Source: an uncultured Gammaproteobacteria bacterium (lineage in GTDB: Bacteria > Pseudomonadota > Gammaproteobacteria > Xanthomonadales > SZUA-36). From it: a stretch of 64,000 bases of DNA. A program made the translations under genes and the position numbers. Location of the stretch: NCBI GenBank assembly GCA_963708905.1, contig CAVPUV010000068.1, positions 3,580 to 67,579 on the forward strand. Direction: 5' to 3'. A model generated the notes under the pieces. That model was not told where the DNA came from. It ran no database searches and saw only the letters and a list, made by a program, of their open reading frames with translations. Shown in pieces: positions 43,237 to 52,681 of the stretch (position 1 is the first letter of the stretch; the number at the start of each line of letters is the position of its first letter).

Positions 43237-44979
43237 ATGACCAATTCGACCAGGCTGGACTTCGGATTCCTGCGCCAACAGGTGGTTGGCGCGGATGCCC
43301 CCATAGCCACCCCGTTCGGCGAACGGCTGATGGTATATGCCGATTACACGGCTTCGGGCCGCTGCCTGACGCTGGTCGAGCGTTATCTGCAGAATCTGCA
43401 ACGCATCTATGCAAATTCGCACACCGAAGACGACATCAGTGGCCGCTCTATGACGCATCTGCTGGAAGAAGCGGAACAGGCCATCAAGCGCTCGGTACAT
43501 GCGGGCCCACACGGCCGCATCGTTCCGGTGGGCAGTGGCGCCACCGGCGCGATCGACAAGTTCCAGCAAATCATTGGGGTCATGCTGGCGCCCGCAACCC
43601 GGCTGCATCTGCGTCAACTGCTGGGCGGGGCGCTGGGAGAAGAGGCGCTGCAGGATTTTGAAGATTATATTGGCGCGCACCAACCGGTGGTATTCGTCGG
43701 TCCATATGAGCACCATTCCAACGAGATTTCCTGGCGCGCAGGCCTGGCGACTGTAGTCGATGTGCGGCTGGACCATGAAGGCGGCATCGACCTTGGCCAC
43801 CTGCAAGAATTACTGCAGGACCCGGCTTATCAGGGGCGTAAACGCATCGGTTCATTTTCCGCCGCTTCCAATGTCACCGGAATGTGCTCGGCGGTGCATG
43901 AAATTGCCATCCTGCTGCACCGTTATGATGCCATTGCCTGTTTCGATTTTGCCGCCAGTGCACCGTATGTCGAAATCGACATGAACCCACCGGCCGGGCA
44001 GTACGATGGCGACGCCAGACTGGATGCGCTGTTCATTTCGCCGCACAAGTTTCTTGGCGGGCCGGGATCGTCTGGCGTACTGGTATTCAACGAAAGCCTG
44101 TACCACAAGGATTTGCCGCCCAGCGTCAGCGCCGGTGGAACCGTCGACTATGTCGGCCCCAGCAGCCAGGATTTTATCCGCGATATCGAAGGGCGTGAGA
44201 AAGCGGGCACCCCCGGTGTACTGCAAATCCTCAAGGCTGGCCTGGCGTTCGCCATCAAGGACAGCGTTGGCGTGTCTGCCATCGAACAGCGCGAACGGGA
44301 ACTGCTGCACCGCGTCTTCGACCGCTGGCAGGCGCGGCCGAACATCGAAATTCTCGGTAATGCCGACCCGGAGCGTCGCATCGGCATTATTTCGTTCAAC
44401 CTGCGGGATCGCCATGACAAGTACCTGCATCCGAAGTTCGTCACCACCCTGCTGAATGATCTGTTCGGCATCCAGTCCCGCGCAGGCTGCTCTTGTGCCG
44501 GCCCTTATGGGCACCGCTTGCTGGGCATCGGTCCTGAACAGTCCGAGCAGTACCGGAAGTGGATCGCCAAGGGCTATTCCGGCATCAAGCCCGGCTGGTG
44601 CCGCATCAGTCTGCATTACGTGATGGACGACAACGAAATCGAGTACATCATTGACGCGGTGGAGTTTGTCGCCGAGCACGGACACCTCTTCCTTACCCAG
44701 TACACTTTCGACCTGCACAGCGGGGCCTGGTCACACAAGCGCGACCGCGTCTGTCTCGAGCCGTTCTCGCTGCAAGCCGCGCTCGACTGTTGCGGCCCGG
44801 CACCGACCGCCATGGACGCAGCGGAACGCACCCGCTGCTATGCCGGTTTTATGCAGGCGGCCCGGCAACTGGCAACAGCATTGTGCGGGCAGGCGGAAAG
44901 CCCTGAACTGATAATGGATGCGGAGCTGGAGCCCTTGAGATTCTTCTCGCTGCCGCAAGCCTGTGTCAGCCACCCATGA
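43237..44979 (+). CDS. class V aminotransferase-fold PLP enzyme (cysteine desulfurase-like) with a C-terminal extension of about 150 aa
   Basis: 580 aa. PLP-lysine region FISPHKFLGGPGSSGVL. Divergently transcribed from gabD. Confidence 0.7.
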   Translation: MTNSTRLDFGFLRQQVVGADAPIATPFGERLMVYADYTASGRCLTLVERYLQNLQRIYANSHTEDDISGRSMTHLLEEAEQAIKRSVHAGPHGRIVPVGSGATGAIDKFQQIIGVMLAPATRLHLRQLLGGALGEEALQDFEDYIGAHQPVVFVGPYEHHSNEISWRAGLATVVDVRLDHEGGIDLGHLQELLQDPAYQGRKRIGSFSAASNVTGMCSAVHEIAILLHRYDAIACFDFAASAPYVEIDMNPPAGQYDGDARLDALFISPHKFLGGPGSSGVLVFNESLYHKDLPPSVSAGGTVDYVGPSSQDFIRDIEGREKAGTPGVLQILKAGLAFAIKDSVGVSAIEQRERELLHRVFDRWQARPNIEILGNADPERRIGIISFNLRDRHDKYLHPKFVTTLLNDLFGIQSRAGCSCAGPYGHRLLGIGPEQSEQYRKWIAKGYSGIKPGWCRISLHYVMDDNEIEYIIDAVEFVAEHGHLFLTQYTFDLHSGAWSHKRDRVCLEPFSLQAALDCCGPAPTAMDAAERTRCYAGFMQAARQLATALCGQAESPELIMDAELEPLRFFSLPQACVSHP

Positions 44980-45094
44980 GCACAGAGTATCAAGCGCGAA
45001 CGGCCAGGCCTTGCGAGTCCATCCGCCGCTGGTATTTTATCTACTCGATTCAGACCGCAACCGTGCCTGTCCCCGGGGACTAAGGAGTATCAGC

Positions 45095-45607
45095 ATGACA
45101 AATGAAGCCAGCGGAAACCGTGCCGGCAGCGCCAAGAGTATGTCCCTCATCGTTACCAAAGGCACTTTGGACTGGGCCTACCCGCCGTTCAGTCTGGCGA
45201 CCACGGCCGCTGCCATGGGGCTTGAAGTGACGATGTTTTTCACCTTTTACGGCTTGCCTTTGCTGTTGAAAAACCTCGATCTGAAGCTGTCATTCCTGGG
45301 CAACCCGGCCATGAAAATGCCCATGATGGGTGCCCTTATGGGGATGCCGAACCTGGCTTCGATGATTCCGGGGGTCGAGGGAGCGGCGGCGAAAATGATG
45401 CAGAAACTGATGCGCAGGAAAGGGATTGCCAGCATCCAGGAACTGCGCGCGCTGGCGATTGAAGCCGATGTTCGCATGATTGCCTGCCAGATGACGATGG
45501 ATTTGTTCGATTACTCGCTGGACGACATGATTGCTGGCCCGGAGCTGGGCGGTACTGCCACTTACATCGAGGTGGCAACTCAGTGCGACATCAACTTGTT
45601 CATTTAG
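45095..45607 (+). CDS. DsrE2-like (DsrE/DsrF family) sulfur-relay protein
   Basis: Start ATG 45095 with RBS TAAGGAG. Features: LIVTKGTLDWAYPPF, a hydrophobic Met-rich middle, conserved Cys in RMIACQMTMD. Confidence 0.7.
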   Translation: MTNEASGNRAGSAKSMSLIVTKGTLDWAYPPFSLATTAAAMGLEVTMFFTFYGLPLLLKNLDLKLSFLGNPAMKMPMMGALMGMPNLASMIPGVEGAAAKMMQKLMRRKGIASIQELRALAIEADVRMIACQMTMDLFDYSLDDMIAGPELGGTATYIEVATQCDINLFI

Positions 45608-45634
45608 GCTCCCTTGCCAAATACAGGAAAAATC

Positions 45635-45862
45635 ATGGCTGACCAATTACTTGACGCAAAAGGCCTGAACTGCCCGCTACCCATTCTGAAAGCCAGGAAA
45701 GCACTGCTATTGGTTCCGGCAGGCGGCACTCTGGAAATACTCTCGACCGACCCTGGTTCCGTGGCCGATTTTCAGGCGTTTTGCCGCATCACGGGGAATA
45801 CCCTGCTGGAGCAGGGAGCGGAGGACGGCGTTTATCGCTTCGTCGTGAAAAAGCCGGTCTGA
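45635..45862 (+). CDS. tusA: TusA-family sulfurtransferase
   Basis: 75 aa from ATG 45635. Active-site motif GLNCPLPILKARKAL (Cys-Pro-X-Pro). Confidence 0.8.
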   Translation: MADQLLDAKGLNCPLPILKARKALLLVPAGGTLEILSTDPGSVADFQAFCRITGNTLLEQGAEDGVYRFVVKKPV

Positions 45863-45883
45863 GCAGGGGGCGCGATGGCCCGC

Positions 45884-45907
45884 TATATTAGAATGTTGTA
45901 TATTAGA
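45884..45907 (+). promoter_or_regulatory. direct repeat TATATTAGA x2 (15-nt period) upstream of the rhodanese gene; possible -10/operator
   Basis: TATATTAGA at 45884-45892 and at 45899-45907, in an AT-rich spacer 34 nt upstream of ATG 45941. Confidence 0.2.
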
Positions 45908-45940
45908 CGTAATTGAAGTAACTCATTTTCTGAAGGAGCG

Positions 45941-46288
45941 ATGATGATGCGTTTTAAGAAACTTCTGCGTGGCGCCGTGCTGCTGGCTGCCCTGATTCTG
46001 CCTGCTCTCGCCTGGGCCGGTGACGCCACTTGGATCGATGTCCGTACAGCCGAAGAATTCAGCCAGAAGCATGTGCCTGATGCCCTGAACATCCCCCATG
46101 ACCAGATCGGCGTCAAAATTGCCGAAGCGGGACTGGCCAAGGATGCAGTGATCAATCTTTATTGCGGTAGTGGCCGAAGGGCGGGACTGGCCAAGGAAAC
46201 GCTTGAGTCGCTGGGCTATACCCGGGTGGTCAATATCGGCGACCTGGATACTGCGCTGCTAAAAGCCGGTGCGGCCTCACAGGATTAA
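45941..46288 (+). CDS. single-domain rhodanese (PspE-like), exported
   Basis: Signal peptide MMMRFKKLLRGAVLLAALILPALAWA/GD. Active-site loop CGSGRR. RBS GAAGGAG. Confidence 0.8.
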   Translation: MMMRFKKLLRGAVLLAALILPALAWAGDATWIDVRTAEEFSQKHVPDALNIPHDQIGVKIAEAGLAKDAVINLYCGSGRRAGLAKETLESLGYTRVVNIGDLDTALLKAGAASQD

Positions 46289-46327
46289 TCCTGCCTGTGC
46301 TCCACACCAGATAATTAAATTCAACGC

Positions 46328-46660
46328 ATGGTCAAGGCGCTCAGGTCAGCAGCAGCCGGGAAACCCGACTGGGAAGCGATGAGCCGCAAAGCAGTCGACG
46401 CGGCGGCCTTGCTCAAGGGCTTGGCCAACGAGAGCCGGCTGATCATCATGTGCGTACTGGCAGAAGGCGAGTCTTCCGTCGGTCAGCTGAATGAGCGTGT
46501 TAACCTGAGCCAGTCCGCTTTGTCGCAACACCTGGCGGTGTTGCGACAACAGGGGCTGGTGCAAACCCGCCGCAAAAGCCAAACCATTTTTTATCGTCTC
46601 GGTGAAACTCCGGCGCTAAAAATCATTACCGTGCTGCACGACATTTTCTGCCTGACCTGA
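46328..46660 (+). CDS. ArsR/SmtB-family regulator of the BigR/SqrR (persulfide-sensing) type
   Basis: wHTH (VGQLNERVNLSQSALSQHLAVLRQQGLV). Only two Cys, at positions 42 and 108 of the ORF, spaced 66 residues apart. That matches the sensing pair I recall for BigR (C42/C108) and SqrR (C41/C107). Confidence 0.7.
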   Translation: MVKALRSAAAGKPDWEAMSRKAVDAAALLKGLANESRLIIMCVLAEGESSVGQLNERVNLSQSALSQHLAVLRQQGLVQTRRKSQTIFYRLGETPALKIITVLHDIFCLT

Positions 46661-46691
46661 ATCCAGGTCAGGGGTTGCCGGCGAAAAACGT

Positions 46692-48104
46692 CTATTTGCC
46701 AATACAAAAGCTGGCGAAGATAGCGCCCAACAATTCATCCGGCAGCTTTTCACCGGTGATTTCATCCAGCGTGTGCTGCGCCAGGCGTAACTCCTCAGCC
46801 AACAATTCACCGGCGTGGTCACTGGTCAGCCGTTCTTCGGCGGCGACCAGGTATTTGACGGTCCTTTGCAGCGCGTCGACATGACGCTGGCGGGCGGAAA
46901 AAACACCCTCGGCTTGTTCCGCGACGCCGAGTATCTCGCGGATTTTTGCTCTCAGTTCTTTCAGCCCGGCACCGGTTAGTGCAGAGATATCTATCCGATG
47001 TTGCAACCCTGCCGCATTTTTTGCGCCCCATGCCACATCGTAGTCAGGCTCAAGCAGGTCAGTCTTGTTGAATACGATGATGGTTCTTGCCGGCTCCGGC
47101 AATTCATCGAGCAGGTTCAATTGCGCTTCAACATTGACGGTGGCATCGACGACCAACAGCGCGAGGTCCGAGGCTGCCAGCGCGGCGCGGGCACGCCTCA
47201 CGCCCTCCGCTTCGATGCGATCACTCGTTTCCCGGATGCCGGCGGTGTCGACGACATGGACCGGTATTCCGTCGAGGTCAATCCATTCTCTCAACACGTC
47301 CCGCGTGGTGCCCGGAATTTCGGTAACGATGGCGCTGTCTTGTCCGGACAGGGCATTCAACAGGCTGGACTTGCCTGCATTGGGCCGCCCAACAATAGCC
47401 AGCACGATACCATCGCGCAGCAAACGCCCCTGCCGTGCTTCGGCAAGCAACCCCCTCACAGCCACCTGCGCCTTTTGCAAACGCTGCAGCAAATCGCCAT
47501 CGGCAAGGAAGTCAATCTCTTCGTCCGGAAAATCAATAGCAGCCTCAACAAAGACGCGCACGCGTGTCAGGTTTTCCTGTAACTGCTCAACCCGTTGTGA
47601 AAAAACGCCAGAAAGCGATCGTTGCGCTGCGCGCACGGCCTCTTCGGTACCAGAAGATATCAGGTCAGCTATGGCTTCGGCCTGGGTCAGGTCCATTTTG
47701 TCGTTGAGAAAAGCGCGCTCGGAAAACTCGCCCGCGCGCGCTGCGCGGGCGCCCAATTCCATTACTCGCCGCATCATCATCTGCAAAACGACGGGACCAC
47801 CATGTCCCTGCAGTTCTAAAACGTCTTCTCCGGTGAAGGAGTTTGGGCCAGGAAAGTACAGCGCCAAGCCGCTGTCTATGACCGCACCTGCTGCGTCACG
47901 GAATTTTGCGTACGATGCCGAGCGCGGCGCAGGCTTCCGCCCACAAACCTTCTCTGCAATCTGTCCGGCTGCGGGTCCGCTGATGCGAATGATGCCGACC
48001 CCGCCGATGCCGGGTGGCGTGGCGATGGCGCAAATGGTGTCCGTGGCTGGAGGACCGGAGGGCTTGAGGCCAAGGCCGGCTGGTTCATTAAGCAGGTTAG
48101 TCAT
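46692..48104 (-). CDS. mnmE: tRNA modification GTPase MnmE (TrmE)
   Basis: G1 GRPNAGKSSLLNAL, DTAGIR, NKTD, and the C-terminal FCIGK hallmark. Confidence 0.9.
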   Translation of the reverse strand: MTNLLNEPAGLGLKPSGPPATDTICAIATPPGIGGVGIIRISGPAAGQIAEKVCGRKPAPRSASYAKFRDAAGAVIDSGLALYFPGPNSFTGEDVLELQGHGGPVVLQMMMRRVMELGARAARAGEFSERAFLNDKMDLTQAEAIADLISSGTEEAVRAAQRSLSGVFSQRVEQLQENLTRVRVFVEAAIDFPDEEIDFLADGDLLQRLQKAQVAVRGLLAEARQGRLLRDGIVLAIVGRPNAGKSSLLNALSGQDSAIVTEIPGTTRDVLREWIDLDGIPVHVVDTAGIRETSDRIEAEGVRRARAALAASDLALLVVDATVNVEAQLNLLDELPEPARTIIVFNKTDLLEPDYDVAWGAKNAAGLQHRIDISALTGAGLKELRAKIREILGVAEQAEGVFSARQRHVDALQRTVKYLVAAEERLTSDHAGELLAEELRLAQHTLDEITGEKLPDELLGAIFASFCIGK

Positions 48105-48183
48105 GCAGGAAGCTTAATGCAAAAGCGGTGACTCGTAACGCGTAACGCGTAAGGTAAGGCGTGTGCTGGCTGCCCACGCCGTT

Positions 48184-49890
48184 TTACTTTTCCCCGGCCG
48201 CGATCTTGCGCGTAATATAAACCTGCTGTGCCAACGAAAGACCCGCGTTGGTGGCCCAATACAGGACCAGGCCGGCGGGGAAGAAAGCGAACATCACCGC
48301 GAATGCTATCGGCATCAGGTTCATCATTTTGCGTTGCAATGGATCCATTCCCGCCGTCGGCGTGAGCCGCTGCGTTGCGATCATGAACCCGGCGTTAAGC
48401 AAGGGCAGAACGAAGTAAGGATCGCGCGCCGACAAATTGCTCACCCAGAGAATGAACGGCGCCTGGCGCAATTCAACCGATTCCAGCAGCACCCAGTACA
48501 AGGCGATGAACACCGGGATCTGCACCAGCATCGGCAGGCAGCCGGCGAGCGGATTTGCCTTCTCGGTCTTGTACAGCTCCATCATGGCCTGGCTCATGCG
48601 CGCTCGGTCATCTCCATAACGTTCTTTCAGCTGTTCAATGCGCGGTTGTAGCTTGCGCATGCGCGCCATCGATTTATATTGTGTTTCCGTCAGCTTGAAA
48701 AAGGCCGCCTTGACCAGCACCGTCAATAACACGATGGCCCAGCCCCAATTGCCAACCAGCGAGTGGATGTGTGACAGCAGCCAGAACAGGGGTTTGGAAA
48801 AGACCGTAAAGATGCCGTAATTTACCGTGTGCTCCAACCCTGGCGCCACTTCCTCCAATTGCTCCTGCAGCTTGGGCCCCAGGTAGAGCAGGCTGCTGAA
48901 CTCAATGTGTTCACCAGGCCCGGCGCTTTGCAAGGGTGACACATCGCGCGCTATGTAGCGCGGCCAGCCGCTGGTTTGAATCACCCGGGCGCTGTAGGTC
49001 ACCTGCTCTTCAGCTGGCGGTATCCAGGCCGCAAAAAAGTAGTGCTGGATCATGGCCAGCCAACCACCGCTTACCGTCTTCTCATACGGCTCGTCGGCGA
49101 CGTCTTTGAAATTGACTTTCTCGAACTTGTCCTGGGGGTTGTAAAAACCGATACCGTTGAAACTATACGCAGAAGGGTTGGTAAACCCGCGGGCGGGTTT
49201 TTCTTCAGAAACCGCTCGTTGCAACTGATCGTAGCGGCTTCCCGTCCAAGGTTCGGAACTGTCGTTATCCAGTTGATAGCGAACCTCGACTCCATACTTG
49301 CCTCGCGTGAAAATAAACGTCTTGGTCACGTGAAAGCCTGCTTCAGAGCGCCAGGTCAACGGCACTCGAAGCTCGTCTGTACCGTCCGCCAGTCTGTAAT
49401 CTTTCTGCGCGGACTGATAAACAGAGGTATGGTTAGGCGCGGCCTGGTGTGATAATAGCCCCGATTGAGCTATAAACAGGATCTCTCCGTGCTGCTCCAG
49501 CAGGTTGACTTTTTTCTCGGGCTCTTCCAGAACCACCGGGTAATGCAACAGCTGCGCCCCCACCACCGTACCGCCCAGCATGCTGATCTCGACATCGAGC
49601 ACGTCGGTGAAAACGCTAATCGTGCGGCTTTCGGCCAGCATGACTGCTGCGCTTTCCGGCGTGCGGGCTTCATTTGTATGTGTTTGCGCCTGGGCCGCAT
49701 CCAATGGTTGTGGCAAATCCAGCTCACCCGGCGGCACAACCGGCGCTTCAACTGAAACATCTTTCGCCGACGTGACGCTAACGGATGCTGGTAGGACGGG
49801 TGGTTGGCCGTAGTCCTTGCGCCATTCAATCCACAACATGTATCCCAGCAAACCCAGGGTTATGAGCAATGCCGGTCGAAGATTTCCCAT
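48184..49890 (-). CDS. yidC: membrane protein insertase YidC
   Basis: 568 aa. N-terminal TM helix, large periplasmic domain, and a conserved C-terminal five-TM core (GCLPMLVQIPVFIALYW). Confidence 0.9.
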   Translation of the reverse strand: MGNLRPALLITLGLLGYMLWIEWRKDYGQPPVLPASVSVTSAKDVSVEAPVVPPGELDLPQPLDAAQAQTHTNEARTPESAAVMLAESRTISVFTDVLDVEISMLGGTVVGAQLLHYPVVLEEPEKKVNLLEQHGEILFIAQSGLLSHQAAPNHTSVYQSAQKDYRLADGTDELRVPLTWRSEAGFHVTKTFIFTRGKYGVEVRYQLDNDSSEPWTGSRYDQLQRAVSEEKPARGFTNPSAYSFNGIGFYNPQDKFEKVNFKDVADEPYEKTVSGGWLAMIQHYFFAAWIPPAEEQVTYSARVIQTSGWPRYIARDVSPLQSAGPGEHIEFSSLLYLGPKLQEQLEEVAPGLEHTVNYGIFTVFSKPLFWLLSHIHSLVGNWGWAIVLLTVLVKAAFFKLTETQYKSMARMRKLQPRIEQLKERYGDDRARMSQAMMELYKTEKANPLAGCLPMLVQIPVFIALYWVLLESVELRQAPFILWVSNLSARDPYFVLPLLNAGFMIATQRLTPTAGMDPLQRKMMNLMPIAFAVMFAFFPAGLVLYWATNAGLSLAQQVYITRKIAAGEK

Positions 49891-49959
49891 GGATACTCAG
49901 TCCTTTGCCTGCTGACGCAGGCGCTTTTCTTGGTACGAGCCTCAGACCGCTGCAGAAAG

Positions 49960-50361
49960 TCAGGGCTGCGGCTCGGGTATTTCACGTTGTGTGCTGACGA
50001 CCGGCACAATGCTTGCGCGCTTATCGATCCTTTGCCAGTGTCGAGACAGCTGGTCAAACAACCGCCTGTTGCATATGGAGACGGCCTCCCGCCGGGGCAA
50101 GACCACGATGTCTACAGCCGGGTGTTTGCTGTTAGACAAATAATGCTGGCGAAAGCTTTCCCGTATGATGCGCTTGAGCCGGTTACGTTCCACTGCGCGC
50201 CGGTCAACCTGGCGTGACACCGCCATGCCAAGACGTGAACTGTCATGGCCTGTGTTGCGCCCCAACACTTTGAACCAAGCGTCGGTTGAAACCGCTGCTT
50301 GCTGAAACACGCTCGAGAATGCTGTTGGTCCAGACAAGCGGGACCGACGCGGAAGTGTCAT
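49960..50361 (-). CDS. rnpA: RNase P protein component
   Basis: Start ATG 50361 (MTLPRRSRL). RNR-like motif AVERNRLKRIIRESFR. Conserved position between rpmH and yidC. Confidence 0.85.
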   Translation of the reverse strand: MTLPRRSRLSGPTAFSSVFQQAAVSTDAWFKVLGRNTGHDSSRLGMAVSRQVDRRAVERNRLKRIIRESFRQHYLSNSKHPAVDIVVLPRREAVSICNRRLFDQLSRHWQRIDKRASIVPVVSTQREIPEPQP

Positions 50362-50443
50362 GCCGGTTACTACTCCTGGCGCGACGCGCCACCGTGGCAA
50401 CCCAGAGGAGGCTTATCCCCGGTCTTGCGCTCAACTCCTTGAT

Positions 50444-50578
50444 TCAGGCCGACAGCCGTTTACGACCCTTGGCGCGACGGGCAGAAATCACCGCGCGACC
50501 GCCCCGGGTGGCCATGCGGGCACGGAAACCATGGCGGCGGGCGCGTTTTAGCAGACTGGGTTGAAATGTACGTTTCAT
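50444..50578 (-). CDS. rpmH: 50S ribosomal protein L34
   Basis: [44 protein letters not shown] (44 aa) from ATG 50578. Confidence 0.95.
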   Translation of the reverse strand: MKRTFQPSLLKRARRHGFRARMATRGGRAVISARRAKGRKRLSA

Positions 50579-50710
50579 GGTTCTATTCCTATTCGAGATG
50601 GTTTCGGCGACCCGCGGCCAACTTGGAGCCGGCCGCCAAGAAGACGGTGCTCGATCGACAAAAGAGTGGAATTGTATCTTTTGCACGCGAGCGCGACAAG
50701 CTTGAGCATT

Positions 50711-52681
50711 GTCGAGCCATGTGCGCTGTAGCGATTTTCACGCAGCCAACCGGTTAAATATTGGCCGACAGCCTGAGGCCAATCTACTCTTTATGGTCAC
50801 GATCTCTCTTCCGAGCGCGATGCACGGGTCAAAATGGGCTCAACCATCGGGCAAAGGGGCGCTTCCAGGCGCGGCAAGGCCTCAGTTCCTTGTAAACCGA
50901 TAGATAGGGAGGTGATTCGGAGGTAGTGCGTGCGTTTAGCCGCTGGCAGCAGCCGGAATCGGTTTGACCAGCGAACGCATCTGTCCTTCGCGCCCCTGCT
51001 TCACGTGGCCCAATGCCAGGGCCATCATCACCGCCAGCGCCAGTCCGACCCGCGCCGTCATGTTGCTTTGGCCGCGAATGAAGTGCTCCTCGAAGCCAAA
51101 GCTGTGATCGATGCGGTTGTTGATGCGCTCCAGGGCGCTACGACGATTGTAGCCCCGGCGCCAGGACGGGCTGCCGTGGGGGTGAAGATGCGCCGATTCT
51201 GTTCGGTGATGTCGATGCGCACGATGCGCCCATAATCGCCGGCCTGTATGCTGGCGTTGCGGTGACAGGCCTCGCGGCCGGCGCAATCCAATCCGTAGGC
51301 AGCGGCCGGGCAACGGTACTTCAGGGTGTTGCGGTCGGCCTCAAAGCCCTGGAAGGCCAGATTCCGCTGTTCGCCACTGTGGGGGCACACGCACAACACC
51401 TGCCCCTTTTCCGTGTGGATGATGTTGCCGGCGCGCGCCGGATCCAGGGAGCGGGTGATGGGCTTGGCGGGATCGTAATCCGGCATCTGTTGTTCTTCCC
51501 GCCACAGTTCGCGCGTGTCAATCAGCGGGCGGATGTGGTGCGCATCCCAGAGCCTGGCCTTCAACGCGCCGCTGTCGAGTCCGCGGTCGGCACTGAAGTC
51601 CCGGCAGCGCGCGGCCAGCGACGGGGTCTGTTCAAACAACTCATCGAGCATCCGCTCCAGCTCGACCGCTTCGGAATGCGAAGCCGGCGTCAGGTGGCAG
51701 GCGACGGGGATTTCGTAGCGGGTATCGGCGATCAAGTGCAGGCCGTAGCCAAACCAGCTTTTGACTTTGTTCCAGGCTTGGCCGGTCTTGCGGTCGATGC
51801 CGCGGGTTTCGTGCTTGCCCCAGTCGGCGTCCGGATCGGAGGTCTGGCCCGTTTTGCGATTGACCCGACCGGTGCTGTGGCTCCCGATCGCCTTGCCGTC
51901 GTAGCCAAGATGGCGGCCAAAATCCGGCAGCGCCTGCATCAGCTGCTGCCGCAGGGTCTGGATCATGGCGCCGATCAGGCCCTGCTGTTCCTCCAGGGCG
52001 ATGACATTGCCGAGGAAGCGATAGAAGTTCCAATGGCTGGGAACCGGATCCTGTTCTTTGTGGGCGGTATGGACCACGGTCAGTTGGCCGGTCTGTGGAT
52101 GGCGCTGCAGCGTGGCGACCGGCTTGCCCTGTCGCGGCAGGGGGTTGAAGCCGCACAGATCGAGTAGCGCCGGGTTGCGGCGCAGCTCCCGCAACAGCGA
52201 CTCAATGGAGCGGTGCTGCAAGACGATGCCCGCCAGCAGGGCATGCCACAGGGCGTGCACCGGATAGTCGTTGCGGCCGCGGCCGCGTTTTTCCTCCAGG
52301 GCTTTAATTATTTCTTCATCCGGGAGATACTGGATCACCAGCGCCAAGCGACGCAGATCCGGTAACGCGTCTACATCCTGCCAGGAAAACAAGCTCAGGT
52401 TTGCGGCTGCCATAGGGGCTCCTTCGGGGGCTATAATTCTGTTATTGCTGAACGAATTATACCCTATGGCGGCCCATTATATCCATCTATCAGATTGTTT
52501 TAATTGCATTTTTGCTCCTTTTTTACCCCTTGTTGGCGTGTTGGGGTGAAAATCCCGCCACGGCGCCGAAAACCGGCCCTCGGGCAACAAAACCGCGGGT
52601 TTTCCGGGGTAAAGAAAATTCTCACTGCGCTACAAGCCGCGGTTGATGCGGGCTACGGAACAGCGCACATGGCTCTTCGAC
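50711..52681 (-). mobile_element. IS element A (1971 bp; IS4/IS5-superfamily DDE transposase with a DUF772-like N-domain)
   Basis: Imperfect terminal inverted repeats: GTCGA-GCCATGTGCGCTGT at 50711-50729 versus ACAGCGCACATGGC-TCT-TCGAC at 52660-52681 (14-nt perfect core plus 5-nt tip). Confidence 0.6.
50936..52413 (-). pseudogene. transposase of IS element A, frameshifted
   Basis: The N-part ORF (52413 to about 51180) and the C-part ORF (about 51180 to 50936: PHGSPSWRRGYNRRSALERINNRIDHSFGFEEHFIRG) are in different frames. The junction is at a C5 run on the coding strand (G5 at 51177-51181). Adding one C restores IFTPHGSPSW. Confidence 0.7.

Noticed and set aside
41567-43414. Long N-terminal extensions in the track ORFs (gabD 615 aa; also thrC 492 aa, gltD2 585 aa, gltB1 from 12022, dnaA from 54238, rpmH 80 aa, dsrE2 from 44963)
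   Set aside because: Alignment to remembered orthologue N-termini and RBS positions supports internal starts. The extensions overlap neighbouring genes or divergent promoters.
48134-48159. Short tandem repeats CGTAACG-CGTAACG-CGTAAGG-TAAGG between yidC and mnmE
   Set aside because: There are only two to three imperfect copies of a 5-7-mer, containing ACGCGT palindromes. This is too short to call a repeat element or operator.
49860-50057. 65-aa ORF overlapping the rnpA 3' end, considered as a divergent yidD (ISAQALCRSS...)
   Set aside because: Only a CR dipeptide matches the YidD motif. The ORF runs through the yidC start and lacks the PTCS and RCHP motifs.
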